The position numbers and the translations under genes are program-made. From IMG/VR virus record IMGVR_UViG_3300050120_000230, positions 351,410-415,409 of that record: DNA of 64,000 bases; one strand, written 5' to 3'. How positions within the stretch are numbered: position 1 is the stretch's first letter; the number at the start of each line of letters is the position of its first letter. The notes beneath the pieces were generated by a model that worked only from the letters and a program-made list of their open reading frames with translations, made no database searches and was not told the DNA's origin. Below, piece by piece: positions 20,257-28,497 of this stretch.

Positions 20257-20562
20257 ATGCAGATCGAAGAAGGCATGATCGATGTTCCTCTAGTTCCCGG
20301 CCGGAAGCTCATGCGACCGCCGGAAATGGACCACAAAGATTTCATGCTGATGCAGAAATCCGAGTGGCCCGAGTTCCACAGAATAATCATTGGCCGGTGG
20401 TCTAGCGACTACCACAAACGAAAGGAGATCGATTGGTGGTGTAACGACAATATCTACGGTCGCTGGTTCCACAGCGAAGGATACGAAGTCTACTACTTTG
20501 AAAACGAAAACAGCGCGGTGCACTTCAAGCTGAAATGGTTCAGCGAAATCGCCGCAACTTAA
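20257..20562 (+). CDS. Small motif-family protein
   Basis: FENENSAVHFKLKWF. Confidence 0.65.
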   Translation: MQIEEGMIDVPLVPGRKLMRPPEMDHKDFMLMQKSEWPEFHRIIIGRWSSDYHKRKEIDWWCNDNIYGRWFHSEGYEVYYFENENSAVHFKLKWFSEIAAT

Positions 20563-20572
20563 GGAGATACCA

Positions 20573-20848
20573 ATGTCTATCGAAATCAACTTCACGAACC
20601 GCGAAACCTACATCACTTGGCGTGCCAATTGGCGAGCGGCCTACAAGGAATTGTCGGCCGAAATCCGCCAAGGCAAGCTGGCGCTGTCCAACGCCTTCCG
20701 GTCCAACGACCCGAAAGCTGGGGGCATCCAATCGGAACTCTCGTTCAACCGCAAGATGGCTGCGCGGATGATGGAGACCCGGATGGAGGCTAAGGAACTG
20801 GTCAAGGTCCAACGCGAGCAGCACTTCGCTGAGCAAAAGGCCGCCTAA
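20573..20848 (+). CDS. Helical hypothetical protein (paralogue of next gene)
   Basis: RBS; F.xRE.Y..W.A.W...YKELSA shared with 20999-21562. Confidence 0.7.
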   Translation: MSIEINFTNRETYITWRANWRAAYKELSAEIRQGKLALSNAFRSNDPKAGGIQSELSFNRKMAARMMETRMEAKELVKVQREQHFAEQKAA

Positions 20849-20853
20849 CCCGA

Positions 20854-20982
20854 GTATCCGGCCATAACCGGACATTGCCGGACATTTGCTGGACATCCCG
20901 TTCAGTAAATTATCCAGCAAAATCAATACATGTTTGGAAGTATCCGGCCGAAGCCGGACATAACCGGACATCAACCGGACAT
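20854..20982 (+). repeat. Two clusters of three CCGGACAT direct repeats
   Basis: Copies at 20868, 20878, 20889 (CTGGACAT), 20954, 20964, 20975; each cluster preceded by GTATCCGGCC. Confidence 0.8.
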
Positions 20983-20998
20983 CACAGGAGAAAACCAA

Positions 20999-21562
20999 AT
21001 GTCCGCAAACGCAATGAAACCCGGCTTCATCGACCGCGAGGGCTACCTCCGGTGGAAGGCTGAATGGAAACTGGTCTACAAGGAACTCTCGGCCCAGATC
21101 GCGGCCGGGAAGCGCAAGGTCGCTATCGCACACCGCGAGAATGATCCGGCGGCGCCTGAGATGCAGCGCGAGCTTCAATACAAGCGCGTCATGGCTCACA
21201 AGATGATGACGCTCATGGAAGAAGCCAAGCTGCGGCGGGATCGCATCCTTGAGATGCACAAGCAACTGGCCGAGCAGAACGCTCAGTTCCCGTTGGTGCT
21301 CGACGACTGCCGTATCATCGACTTCCACTTCAACAAGGGCTCGTTGGAATATCCGTTCCTGCCCATGTGGACGCTGAAGACGAAGGGCAAGTCGTTCTAC
21401 ATCAACCACATCGAAGCCAATATCCCGTGGAGCACGCGAGAGCTTCCCGAGGGTTCCACCCGTGGCATGATCCGTCTGCGTAATGGTGAGATCACCATCG
21501 ACGCCGAAGGCACGGCCACGATCAACCAGAAGGCGGTCAAGCCGATGCTGCAAGCTGCTTAG
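20999..21562 (+). CDS. Hypothetical protein (paralogue of 20573-20848 with C-terminal extension)
   Basis: AGGAG RBS before ATG 20999. Confidence 0.7.
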   Translation: MSANAMKPGFIDREGYLRWKAEWKLVYKELSAQIAAGKRKVAIAHRENDPAAPEMQRELQYKRVMAHKMMTLMEEAKLRRDRILEMHKQLAEQNAQFPLVLDDCRIIDFHFNKGSLEYPFLPMWTLKTKGKSFYINHIEANIPWSTRELPEGSTRGMIRLRNGEITIDAEGTATINQKAVKPMLQAA

Positions 21563-21628
21563 AAGGAACAGGTCAACTAATCCCCGGTCTCCGGGGTGAA
21601 CTTTTTCGGTCTCCCCGGAGACCAATAC

Positions 21629-21702
21629 GACGAGGTAGCTCAGGGGTTGAGCGTTTGGGCGTGAAGCTCGAAAGGTCGGTGGTTCGAATCCATCTCTCGT
21701 CA
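21629..21702 (+). tRNA. tRNA-like gene with 7-bp anticodon stem and GTGAA loop
   Basis: GACGAGG/TCTCGTC acceptor, GCTC/GAGC D-stem, GGTGG-TTCGAAT-CCATC T-arm. Confidence 0.65.
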
Positions 21703-21703
21703 C

Positions 21704-21810
21704 GGTCGAATAGCTCAGTGGTAGAGCAGCGCGATAATGGAGGGCTCCGATACGTAAGCGGTCCTGTGAAGTTATCGCGTGTGTCGGTGGTTCGAACCCA
21801 TCTTCGACTT
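21704..21810 (+). tRNA. tRNA-like gene with about 35 extra nt in the anticodon arm
   Basis: Canonical acceptor/D/T arms; 10-bp GCGCGATAAT/GTTATCGCGT stem enclosing 32 nt. Confidence 0.7.
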
Positions 21811-21820
21811 CTATTTTTCG

Positions 21821-21848
21821 TTGACGAAAAAATGTGATCCTCTATTAT
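21821..21848 (+). promoter_or_regulatory. Sigma70-like promoter
   Basis: TTGACG-N16-TATTAT ahead of tRNA genes. Confidence 0.55.
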
Positions 21849-21859
21849 GAGGTTGCGTT

Positions 21860-21972
21860 GATTCCGTAGCTCAGTTGGTAGAGCAGCGAACTCATCTAAT
21901 CCCTCCCATGAGGTTACGGGAGGTATTACTTAAATTCGCGGGTCCTCGGTTCGAGTCCGAGCGGAGTCACCA
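21860..21972 (+). tRNA. tRNA (possibly CAT anticodon) with 37-nt insert or intron in the anticodon loop
   Basis: GCGAA/TTCGC stem encloses 44 nt starting CTCAT and ending AA; encoded CCA. Confidence 0.7.
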
Positions 21973-21975
21973 AAT

Positions 21976-22063
21976 GCCCCCGTGGGCCGAGCGGTCGAAG
22001 GCCACGGTCTCTAAAACCGATGGAGAAATCCCAGCGCAGGTTCGAATCCTGTCGGGGGTGCCA
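21976..22063 (+). tRNA. Amber suppressor tRNA (CTA), type II, G73
   Basis: Loop CTCTAAA in CGGT/ACCG stem; long variable arm; GCAGG-TTCGAAT-CCTGT; CCA. Confidence 0.85.
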
Positions 22064-22064
22064 A

Positions 22065-22451
22065 TCAGAAAATCTGCCACCAGTGCTTCTTCACGGGCGC
22101 GGGCGGCTTCTGGTTCATCGGTACGAAGTCTGCCGGGGGTTTCGGATAGGACTTCGGAGGCGTGAGCTTTGCAGTCACAACATCCGCTTTCTTTTTCACC
22201 TTTGCCAGTTCCGCATCTTCCTTCTTCAGGTCGGCTTCGAGCGTGGCGATCTTCGCCGCATTGTCGTCGATCTGCTGTTGAGCATCGTTCAACTGGGAAG
22301 AGTTGGAGTTCGAAGTGTGGAGCGCCGTTTTTGCCCAGTCGCGAACCTTACTGAACTCGCTATTCGAGGTGAGCGAGCAATAGGTGAGCACCACGAGCAG
22401 AGCTATTCCCGTGCCGTAATGCTTCAGTTTCTTCTTGAGTTTGGTATCCAT
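22065..22451 (-). CDS. Membrane-anchored coiled-coil protein (spanin-like candidate)
   Basis: N-terminal TM, coiled coil, Pro-rich tail; TAAATA upstream. Confidence 0.55.
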   Translation of the reverse strand: MDTKLKKKLKHYGTGIALLVVLTYCSLTSNSEFSKVRDWAKTALHTSNSNSSQLNDAQQQIDDNAAKIATLEADLKKEDAELAKVKKKADVVTAKLTPPKSYPKPPADFVPMNQKPPAPVKKHWWQIF

Positions 22452-22546
22452 GAAAATATTTAGGGCAGAATGTCGCAGGCGTAAGGGACGACTTTTCGTT
22501 TACGAAAATACTGGCCACCTCGATATGAGCGCGGTATAATTCGCTC

Positions 22547-23041
22547 ATGGTCAATGTTTTTCTCGATCTCGATGGGGTGCTTGGCGCCTTTGACGAGCAC
22601 GTCGAAGCTCTCTGGGGCGCGGGTCCTCGCGAACTGGGAGACGTGAAACTGTGGGAATTGGTGTCCGGCCATCCTCCGTTTTGGATCGACAGTCCGTTGA
22701 AGCCCGGCGCCCAAGAACTATTCGACGTGGCCGCGCCCTACAACCCCACGATCCTGACTGGCTGCCCGACGACAGGCTTCGATCATGCGGTTGAGCAAAA
22801 GCGCCTATGGATCGACAAGCACTTCGGTACGCATGTCCCGGTGATCGCCTGCTTGTCTCGGGACAAACCGCTTCACATGACGCAACCCAAAGACATCCTC
22901 GTCGATGACTTCATCGTCAACATCAAGCGGTGGCAAAAGGCTGGTGGAACAACTGTCTGGTATCAGACGGCCGACCAAGCTATTGCTGATCTGAAGAGAA
23001 AACTGGAAAACGCGCGTGTCCGAGAAGAAACCCTCGCCTGA
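22547..23041 (+). CDS. 5'(3')-deoxyribonucleotidase (HAD, NT5C-like)
   Basis: FLDLDGVL, ILTG, K..W, ILVDD. Confidence 0.85.
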   Translation: MVNVFLDLDGVLGAFDEHVEALWGAGPRELGDVKLWELVSGHPPFWIDSPLKPGAQELFDVAAPYNPTILTGCPTTGFDHAVEQKRLWIDKHFGTHVPVIACLSRDKPLHMTQPKDILVDDFIVNIKRWQKAGGTTVWYQTADQAIADLKRKLENARVREETLA

Positions 23042-23663
23042 GTCTCTGTCCTATCCGGGGCCTCCGGTGCCGAGCCCGCCTCCTCCACCTCCCCCGCCGC
23101 CCCCTCCTCCTTCGTGGGAGAAGGAAAGTCTGGGAAAGGGGGCGATCCTGAACTTCATCGGCGAGAGCATCTATGCGATTCGGTTCACCTTGGTGCCGAT
23201 GTATATCATGCTGTGGGTGGCGATCATCGCCTACAACGTGCAGTTCGCCCGCGAGATTTTCGACTTCTTGTTCGTCTCGGGTGGGTTCGGCTTCCGAACG
23301 AATGACTCGACCCATTACCTGATCTGGATTTTGAGCCTCATCGACATCACGATGATCGGCAACCTCGTGGTCATGACGACCATCGGTGGCTATTCGACCT
23401 TCGTGAAGGAGTTCGATCTCAAGAAGCTTGAGGGTCGTCCGCGCTGGATGAACGGTCTCGATAGCACGGCGCTGAAAAACAAGATGGGTATGTCCCTGAT
23501 TGGCGTCTCGGCGATCCACCTTCTCAAGACGTTTATGGAGAACGTCGAGAACTTCAACGGGCTCTACAAACTCGCGTTGACGCACGAAAACGTCTGGTTG
23601 CCAGCTTCCATGCTCATGGTCAGCACCGGGCTTCAAATCGTCACTCACCTTGTCTTCACATAA
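23016..23663 (+). CDS. YqhA/UPF0114-like membrane protein with poly-Pro N-terminus
   Basis: LSLID..MI.NL...GGY..FV; LK.K...S.I..S.IHLLK.F. Confidence 0.75.
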   Translation: MSEKKPSPESLSYPGPPVPSPPPPPPPPPPPPSWEKESLGKGAILNFIGESIYAIRFTLVPMYIMLWVAIIAYNVQFAREIFDFLFVSGGFGFRTNDSTHYLIWILSLIDITMIGNLVVMTTIGGYSTFVKEFDLKKLEGRPRWMNGLDSTALKNKMGMSLIGVSAIHLLKTFMENVENFNGLYKLALTHENVWLPASMLMVSTGLQIVTHLVFT

Positions 23664-24015
23664 GTTCGTCGAAGCCGTCCATGTAGATAGATTCGTTGAA
23701 CGACACACCTGTTTTGATGTGCGGTAGCCAGTTTGCTGCGTCCAGCATCATGGCGGACAGCATCACGACAAACCCTAGCGCAACGAGGCCGGTGACTGTG
23801 AGAAGAGGAATGGCCCAGAGAGGGACTTTCGATGACGATGAAACTTCGGTCCAACCCATGTCGCGTTCCAACCGTGCGACGATGGAATCAGCCACACCTT
23901 GCGACTTGGTGTAGACAGTGACATCGACGCAGACGCCGCTCTTGGTCTGGAACGACTTCGCGAACTTTGTCGGGCTGCTGTCCACCGGAATGATGATCGG
24001 AATGATGGTGGTCAT
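23656..24015 (-). CDS. Hypothetical membrane protein
   Basis: One TM segment. Confidence 0.5.
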   Translation of the reverse strand: MTTIIPIIIPVDSSPTKFAKSFQTKSGVCVDVTVYTKSQGVADSIVARLERDMGWTEVSSSSKVPLWAIPLLTVTGLVALGFVVMLSAMMLDAANWLPHIKTGVSFNESIYMDGFDELM

Positions 24016-24017
24016 GT

Positions 24018-24491
24018 TTAGCCACCCATCGCTTGGCGGATGGCTTCGTTCGGAACCTGCACCTTGTGGCCGCCAATGAACAGATCGGAGACCCGCGAAC
24101 CGGGATAGCCGATCTTGGCGTCGAGGTTGATGGTCGTTCCGGCGCGATCCGCTTCCATGCGGGGTGTGACGATCACGTTCATTTGGGTGTCGCTGGTCGT
24201 ATGGGTGTTCGAGCCACCCGTTTGGGAGTTGGTCGAATTGCCGCCATTCCCTTGCGACGAACCCACCGAATTGCCGTTATGGTTGTCGCCGTTGCGGTCG
24301 TTGCGGAATAGATCGCGGGTAGTGGACTGCGTGGCGATTCGCGCCTTGGTCTCGTGAATCAGAGTTTCCACGTCATCGCGGTCGAAACCCGGCATAGCGG
24401 GGAACGCGTTGGCGGTGGCGGACGGAATGGCGTCGATGTATTCCAGCGCGGCTTCAAGGGCCGTCAGAAGGCGTTGTTCGCGCGAAATCAT
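24018..24491 (-). CDS. Hypothetical protein with N/G/S/T-rich segment
   Basis: AGGAG RBS. Confidence 0.55.
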   Translation of the reverse strand: MISREQRLLTALEAALEYIDAIPSATANAFPAMPGFDRDDVETLIHETKARIATQSTTRDLFRNDRNGDNHNGNSVGSSQGNGGNSTNSQTGGSNTHTTSDTQMNVIVTPRMEADRAGTTINLDAKIGYPGSRVSDLFIGGHKVQVPNEAIRQAMGG

Positions 24492-24549
24492 GTGCCACTC
24501 CTTTTGTTATCTTGGAGTAATAATATCATCGCTTTCTATCTGGTCAACG

Positions 24550-24576
24550 AAAAAGGGCGACCCGAAGGCCGCCCCT
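24550..24576 (-). terminator. Intrinsic terminator
   Basis: GGGCG...CGCCC hairpin followed by U tract on the minus strand. Confidence 0.6.
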
Positions 24577-24596
24577 AAACGCTGCTGATGGTTGAC

Positions 24597-24788
24597 TTAG
24601 ATCAGGCCGAAAACGGCCCCGGTGCCAGCGCCCGCCATGAGCCCGCCAAGACCGAAGAACGTCCCGGCTAAAGTCATGTCCCGCTTCCGGGCAAACTGCC
24701 GCCAGCGAGGATCGTGAATGCCGCGCCCGAGGTAGGCCAAGCCTAAACCTAAAAGCACGCCGGTGATGTAGATGAACTTGATTAACAT
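24597..24788 (-). CDS. Small two-TM membrane protein
   Basis: AGGAG RBS before MLIKF; two hydrophobic segments. Confidence 0.5.
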   Translation of the reverse strand: MLIKFIYITGVLLGLGLAYLGRGIHDPRWRQFARKRDMTLAGTFFGLGGLMAGAGTGAVFGLI

Positions 24789-24864
24789 GAAACGTCTCCT
24801 GTTGTGGTTGAAATGAAAAGGGCCGGAGTCTCCCCCGGCCCTCTCACTTGGTATCGAGCTTGGC

Positions 24865-26205
24865 TTAGCCGTGCTCACCGGGCGGCGGCAGGGTCACCGG
24901 CGCGGCCACGGGGGCAGCGGCCGGGGGAGCCGGAGGGGCCGGGGGAGCGACGACCACGGTCGTTGCGACCACAGCCACCGGCTTGCAGGAACCACCGGCG
25001 CGACGCATCGCTTCGGCAACGTCCTTGTCTTCGGCGAGAAGCTCGCAGGCGACTTGCGTCATGCCCATCGAGTTCAGTTCGCGCGAATTCTTCAGACGGA
25101 CGCAGTTCCGGTCGGTCCAAGTGCTGGCCGCCGAGAAGCCGAAGGTGATGCCTTGGCCACCGACCGAGGACGAACCCATGCAGGTATCGACACCGGCCGT
25201 CAGCGGGGCGGCGTAGGCGGTGCCGACCGGGTTGCGCTTCTGCGCTTCGTTGCTGATGTTGACGCTCGTGCTGGTGTTCTGCGCGGCGTTGTTACCGGCG
25301 TTCGACTGGGTGTTGGTCGAGTTGCCGGAGTTCTTGGTGCCGCTGACAGCCGTCTGCGCTTGGCTGTTGTGGGCGTCCTGCGACTGGCCTTGGCTGGCGT
25401 TGCCGGAGTCGGCGATGCCTTGCTGTTGGCCTTGGCCTTGACCTTGGACATTCTTGTTGTCGTTGGCAGAGTTGCCCGACGCCAAAACCGACGACGACGT
25501 GTTGTCGGAGTTCAGCTTGGTGGTGTTGCCGTTGTTGCCGTTGTTACCGGCATTGACGGTGCCCGAGTTCGTGGTCGCGGTGCCGCCCTTGACGCTGGCG
25601 TCGGCGTGGTTGTCCACGTTGCCGGAGTTGTTGCCGCCGAGATTGGTGTTGTTGCCGCCGAGATTGGTGGTGGTGTTCGTGCCGGTCAGCGTGTTGCTGC
25701 CGTTGGTGTTGGTCTGGGTGCCGCCCTTGACGCTGGCATCACCACCAGTGGTGTTGCCGTTGTTGGAGCCGCCGGTCACGTTGCCCGAGCCATGGGAATC
25801 CACGTTGCCGGAGGCGATGGCCGAGCCGTTGGCGTTGGTGACCGCGCCGCCGACAGTGTTTCCGACAGTGCCGCCGGTCACATCAGCGTGGCCGCTGTTG
25901 GTGTTCAGATTGGCCGACGACGTGGCGGTGTTGGTGATCGGAGCCGCCGCCGTGATCGCGGTGTTGTTCGAGCCTTGGTTGGCTTGGATCGTCCCGGTCT
26001 GGGAGTTGCCGATGGCCGAGGCCGACGACAGACCAGACGAGTTGGTGATCGGAGCCGAAAGGGTCGGCGACTCATTGTTCGTCAGCGTGGAGCCGAGCGA
26101 GTTGGAGCCGGTGTTGGTTTGCGTGACACCGGGGTCGGTGGCGAACGCCGGGCTGGCGATCAGGGCGATGGCCGCTGACGCGATGAGGAGCTTTCTGAAA
26201 TTCAT
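24865..26205 (-). CDS. Secreted low-complexity N/G/S/T-rich protein with Cys-containing C-terminal domain
   Basis: Signal peptide ending AFA; repeated DASVKGGT and TNLGGNN; strong codon bias. Confidence 0.75.
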   Translation of the reverse strand: MNFRKLLIASAAIALIASPAFATDPGVTQTNTGSNSLGSTLTNNESPTLSAPITNSSGLSSASAIGNSQTGTIQANQGSNNTAITAAAPITNTATSSANLNTNSGHADVTGGTVGNTVGGAVTNANGSAIASGNVDSHGSGNVTGGSNNGNTTGGDASVKGGTQTNTNGSNTLTGTNTTTNLGGNNTNLGGNNSGNVDNHADASVKGGTATTNSGTVNAGNNGNNGNTTKLNSDNTSSSVLASGNSANDNKNVQGQGQGQQQGIADSGNASQGQSQDAHNSQAQTAVSGTKNSGNSTNTQSNAGNNAAQNTSTSVNISNEAQKRNPVGTAYAAPLTAGVDTCMGSSSVGGQGITFGFSAASTWTDRNCVRLKNSRELNSMGMTQVACELLAEDKDVAEAMRRAGGSCKPVAVVATTVVVAPPAPPAPPAAAPVAAPVTLPPPGEHG

Positions 26206-26509
26206 GTTTGTTTCCCGTGTTGAACTTCTGGCGAGATTGCCGTGACGAGTCCCCGCCCGGCAATTCGTGTGCCAAAATCTAAAATGGCACTAACGACCCG
26301 CTTGGTGGGTATAAGTCAAACGATGTCGTATATCAGAAACCTCATAAGTCAACAGCTTTGCCATGAGGACGTATAGAAAAACCGTTTTGACGGTGTTGTT
26401 CTAACGTCCTGTGATAAAAATATTTCACTACCGGCCGCACATCCCGTCGTTTGGTTGGCCTTGGTATAGTGTGCCGCAATGTTTCGGCATTCACCTCACG
26501 AGGACTGCC

Positions 26510-26728
26510 ATGAACCATCCGCTCGAACAAGCAGCCAACATCATCGCGACATATATCGAGACCCTGAACGCAACGAAATCCATGTGCGAATGCTGCGGGC
26601 TGACGAAATACGAAAACTTCGATCATGCTCAATCGCGCACGGAATTGAACTCGATGGTCATCAAATTGAGACGCAAGGCTATTTCGAACGAGATCAGCCG
26701 ATCAAAGATGCCCCAGACTGAGACATAA
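26510..26728 (+). CDS. Hypothetical protein (CxxC-like motif)
   Basis: GAGGA RBS before MNHPL. Confidence 0.5.
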   Translation: MNHPLEQAANIIATYIETLNATKSMCECCGLTKYENFDHAQSRTELNSMVIKLRRKAISNEISRSKMPQTET

Positions 26729-26770
26729 ACTGGAACGATTACGGGGTCAGGTTCGACCGTAAATATCGGT

Positions 26771-27109
26771 ATGAACCTGATCCAAAAAATCAACGAGTTT
26801 GTAGCCGCGCGAGCCACACTGCTGATGAGCACGATGTGGTGCGTCTACGTTTTCCTGATTTGGAGTCTGCTGCCGCTCGCGTTTCCACACCTTCAAGCAG
26901 TCGTCTTCTATGTGAGCGGTGGCGTGATCCAACTCGTGGCGCTGCCGCTCATCATGGTGGGTCAGGATGTGTTGAGCCGAAAATCAGAGACAAGGGCTCA
27001 AGAGGATCACGACACCATCATGGCCGCGTTCGAAGAGATCAAGGCTATGCACAAAGAACTTCAACTTGTCCTCGTGCCGAGCCCTGATCCCATCGAGCCT
27101 ATAGAATAG
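26771..27109 (+). CDS. DUF1003-like membrane protein
   Basis: Two TMs then LPLIMVGQ...RAQED; TAAATA at 26760. Confidence 0.65.
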   Translation: MNLIQKINEFVAARATLLMSTMWCVYVFLIWSLLPLAFPHLQAVVFYVSGGVIQLVALPLIMVGQDVLSRKSETRAQEDHDTIMAAFEEIKAMHKELQLVLVPSPDPIEPIE

Positions 27110-27188
27110 TGGCGGTGCGAACCCACGGAGGGCTTTCGCCCTCTTCCGCTTTCAAGGCGGACGCCATAAGCCTCTCGACCACAGCACC
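27110..27188 (-). pseudogene. tRNA-Ser(TGA) with T-arm/acceptor deletion
   Basis: Intact D, anticodon and variable arms, but GTGGGTTCG joins directly to CACCGCCA (about 11 nt missing). Confidence 0.7.
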
Positions 27189-27197
27189 GTATACTAA

Positions 27198-27274
27198 TGG
27201 GGTGATCGACGGGGCTCGAACCCGCGACCTGAAGATTCACAGTCTTCCGCTCTACCAACTGAGCTACGACCACC
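27198..27274 (-). tRNA. tRNA-His(GTG), canonical G-1:C73 type
   Basis: G-GTGGTCG...GAAGA CTGTGAA TCTTC...CGATCAC-C-CCA. Confidence 0.92.
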
Positions 27275-27317
27275 ATAAATGTCGGCTTGACCCGACAAGA
27301 AACGACTTCCTGTCAGT

Positions 27318-27936
27318 TCAAGGCGACAACGCCAGAAGCAGACGGTCGATGCCAATGGCCCAACCCACGCCTTCGGCGTATCGGCCGCCTCCGGCAATCT
27401 GCTTTTGTGCACCGAGCGCCGAACACTCAACCTCGAATCCATCCTCGACGTAGTAGGTCAAGCCACGCTTAACCGAATCGTTGAAGGTGTAATCTAGGCC
27501 GAGCTTGTCGAGACAGTTCCGCAAAAGCCCAGAGGCTTCATCGGCGCCATTCTCAACGTTCCCGAGAATTTCGATCCCAAACTGGGTGAACTCTCGATAG
27601 CGCCCGGCTTGCGGCCGTTCGTAGCGGTAGCAGCGGGAGACATAGAAAATGCGCTTGGAGGCACATTTCTTTGCCCACGACTCTCGCCAGATTTCCTGCA
27701 CCAGTCCAGTCACCTCGGGGATCAAGCAGACCGGGCGGCCTCCTTTGTCCTCGAAAGACCACATCTGATTCACGATCTCCGGCCCGGCCTTGTCAATGAA
27801 GGTCTGCTGACCCCACAAAGCCGGAAGAATTACTTCATCGAAGCCTGCTTCAATGAACCAACCCCCGGAGGATTTCGATGGTCTGGGTATAGGCTCTCGC
27901 CTCATCCCCTTCGATCAATCGTGTTCCACGCAACAT
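27318..27936 (-). CDS. hisS: Minimal histidyl-tRNA synthetase catalytic core; frameshift at G5 run 27866-27862
   Basis: MLRGTRL start after GGAG RBS; CLIPEVT, YRYERPQAGRYREFTQFGIE, RGLTYY, GGGRY, GWAIGIDRL. Confidence 0.75.
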
Positions 27937-27959
27937 TTTCTTCTCTCCAAAAAATTACC

Positions 27960-28068
27960 AAGCTGGGCAGGATTTGAACCTGCGGTTCCCACTCTCGAAC
28001 GGTTATGCGCGACCGATTTGAGCAAGAACTAGCGCATCAGAGCCCTTAGACCTCTCGGGCACCGGCTT
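27960..28068 (-). tRNA. tRNA-like gene with expanded anticodon arm
   Basis: AAGCCGG/CCAGCTT acceptor, CCC/GGG D-stem, GCAGG-TTCAAAT-CCTGC; central insert with TGCGC/GCGCA helix. Confidence 0.6.
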
Positions 28069-28073
28069 GGAAA

Positions 28074-28241
28074 TTATGCATTGCGAAGTTGTGCCTTCAG
28101 TTCAGCAATCTCTTGCATGATCTTCGGGACGCTGACTTCGCGTGATGTTGAATCCTTCTTACCCAATGAGGTACGAAGGAACTGCTCAAGATCGATGATC
28201 CGGTCATGTAGCTTGAGCTTCTTCTTGTCGATGCGGCTCAT
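28074..28241 (-). CDS. 55-aa basic helical protein (not in ORF track)
   Basis: MSRIDKKKLKLHDRII...AQLRNA; ATGA-coupled to upstream ORF. Confidence 0.55.
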   Translation of the reverse strand: MSRIDKKKLKLHDRIIDLEQFLRTSLGKKDSTSREVSVPKIMQEIAELKAQLRNA

Positions 28242-28459
28242 ACGTCGGTCGCCTTCCTGTGATTGCGATAGTCGCGCTCACGCTCGGCCACGATCTTGGA
28301 ATCGACCGTCCCACGAAAAACCTTCATCACTCGCCATCCACGACCTTCGTCGTCGAAATCGAGAATCCTGCCTTCGACCGCGAACTTGGAAGGAAGCCAC
28401 GACGTGAACTCGTCTCCGTTCGCTCGCTTTAGTTTGCATTGCGTATGAGTAGCCATCAT
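28238..28459 (-). CDS. Hypothetical protein inside tRNA operon
   Basis: AAGGAGG RBS. Confidence 0.65.
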   Translation of the reverse strand: MMATHTQCKLKRANGDEFTSWLPSKFAVEGRILDFDDEGRGWRVMKVFRGTVDSKIVAERERDYRNHRKATDV

Positions 28460-28497
28460 GACTGCCTCCTTTGTTATGGCCCGCAGGCCGGTTGAAT

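Noticed and set aside
20854-20982. CCGGACAT repeats as a mini-CRISPR
   Set aside because: 8-nt repeats with 2-3-nt gaps do not fit repeat-spacer dimensions.
24871-26245. 435-aa and 263-aa plus-strand ORFs
   Set aside because: Shadows of the codon-biased secreted protein gene on the minus strand.
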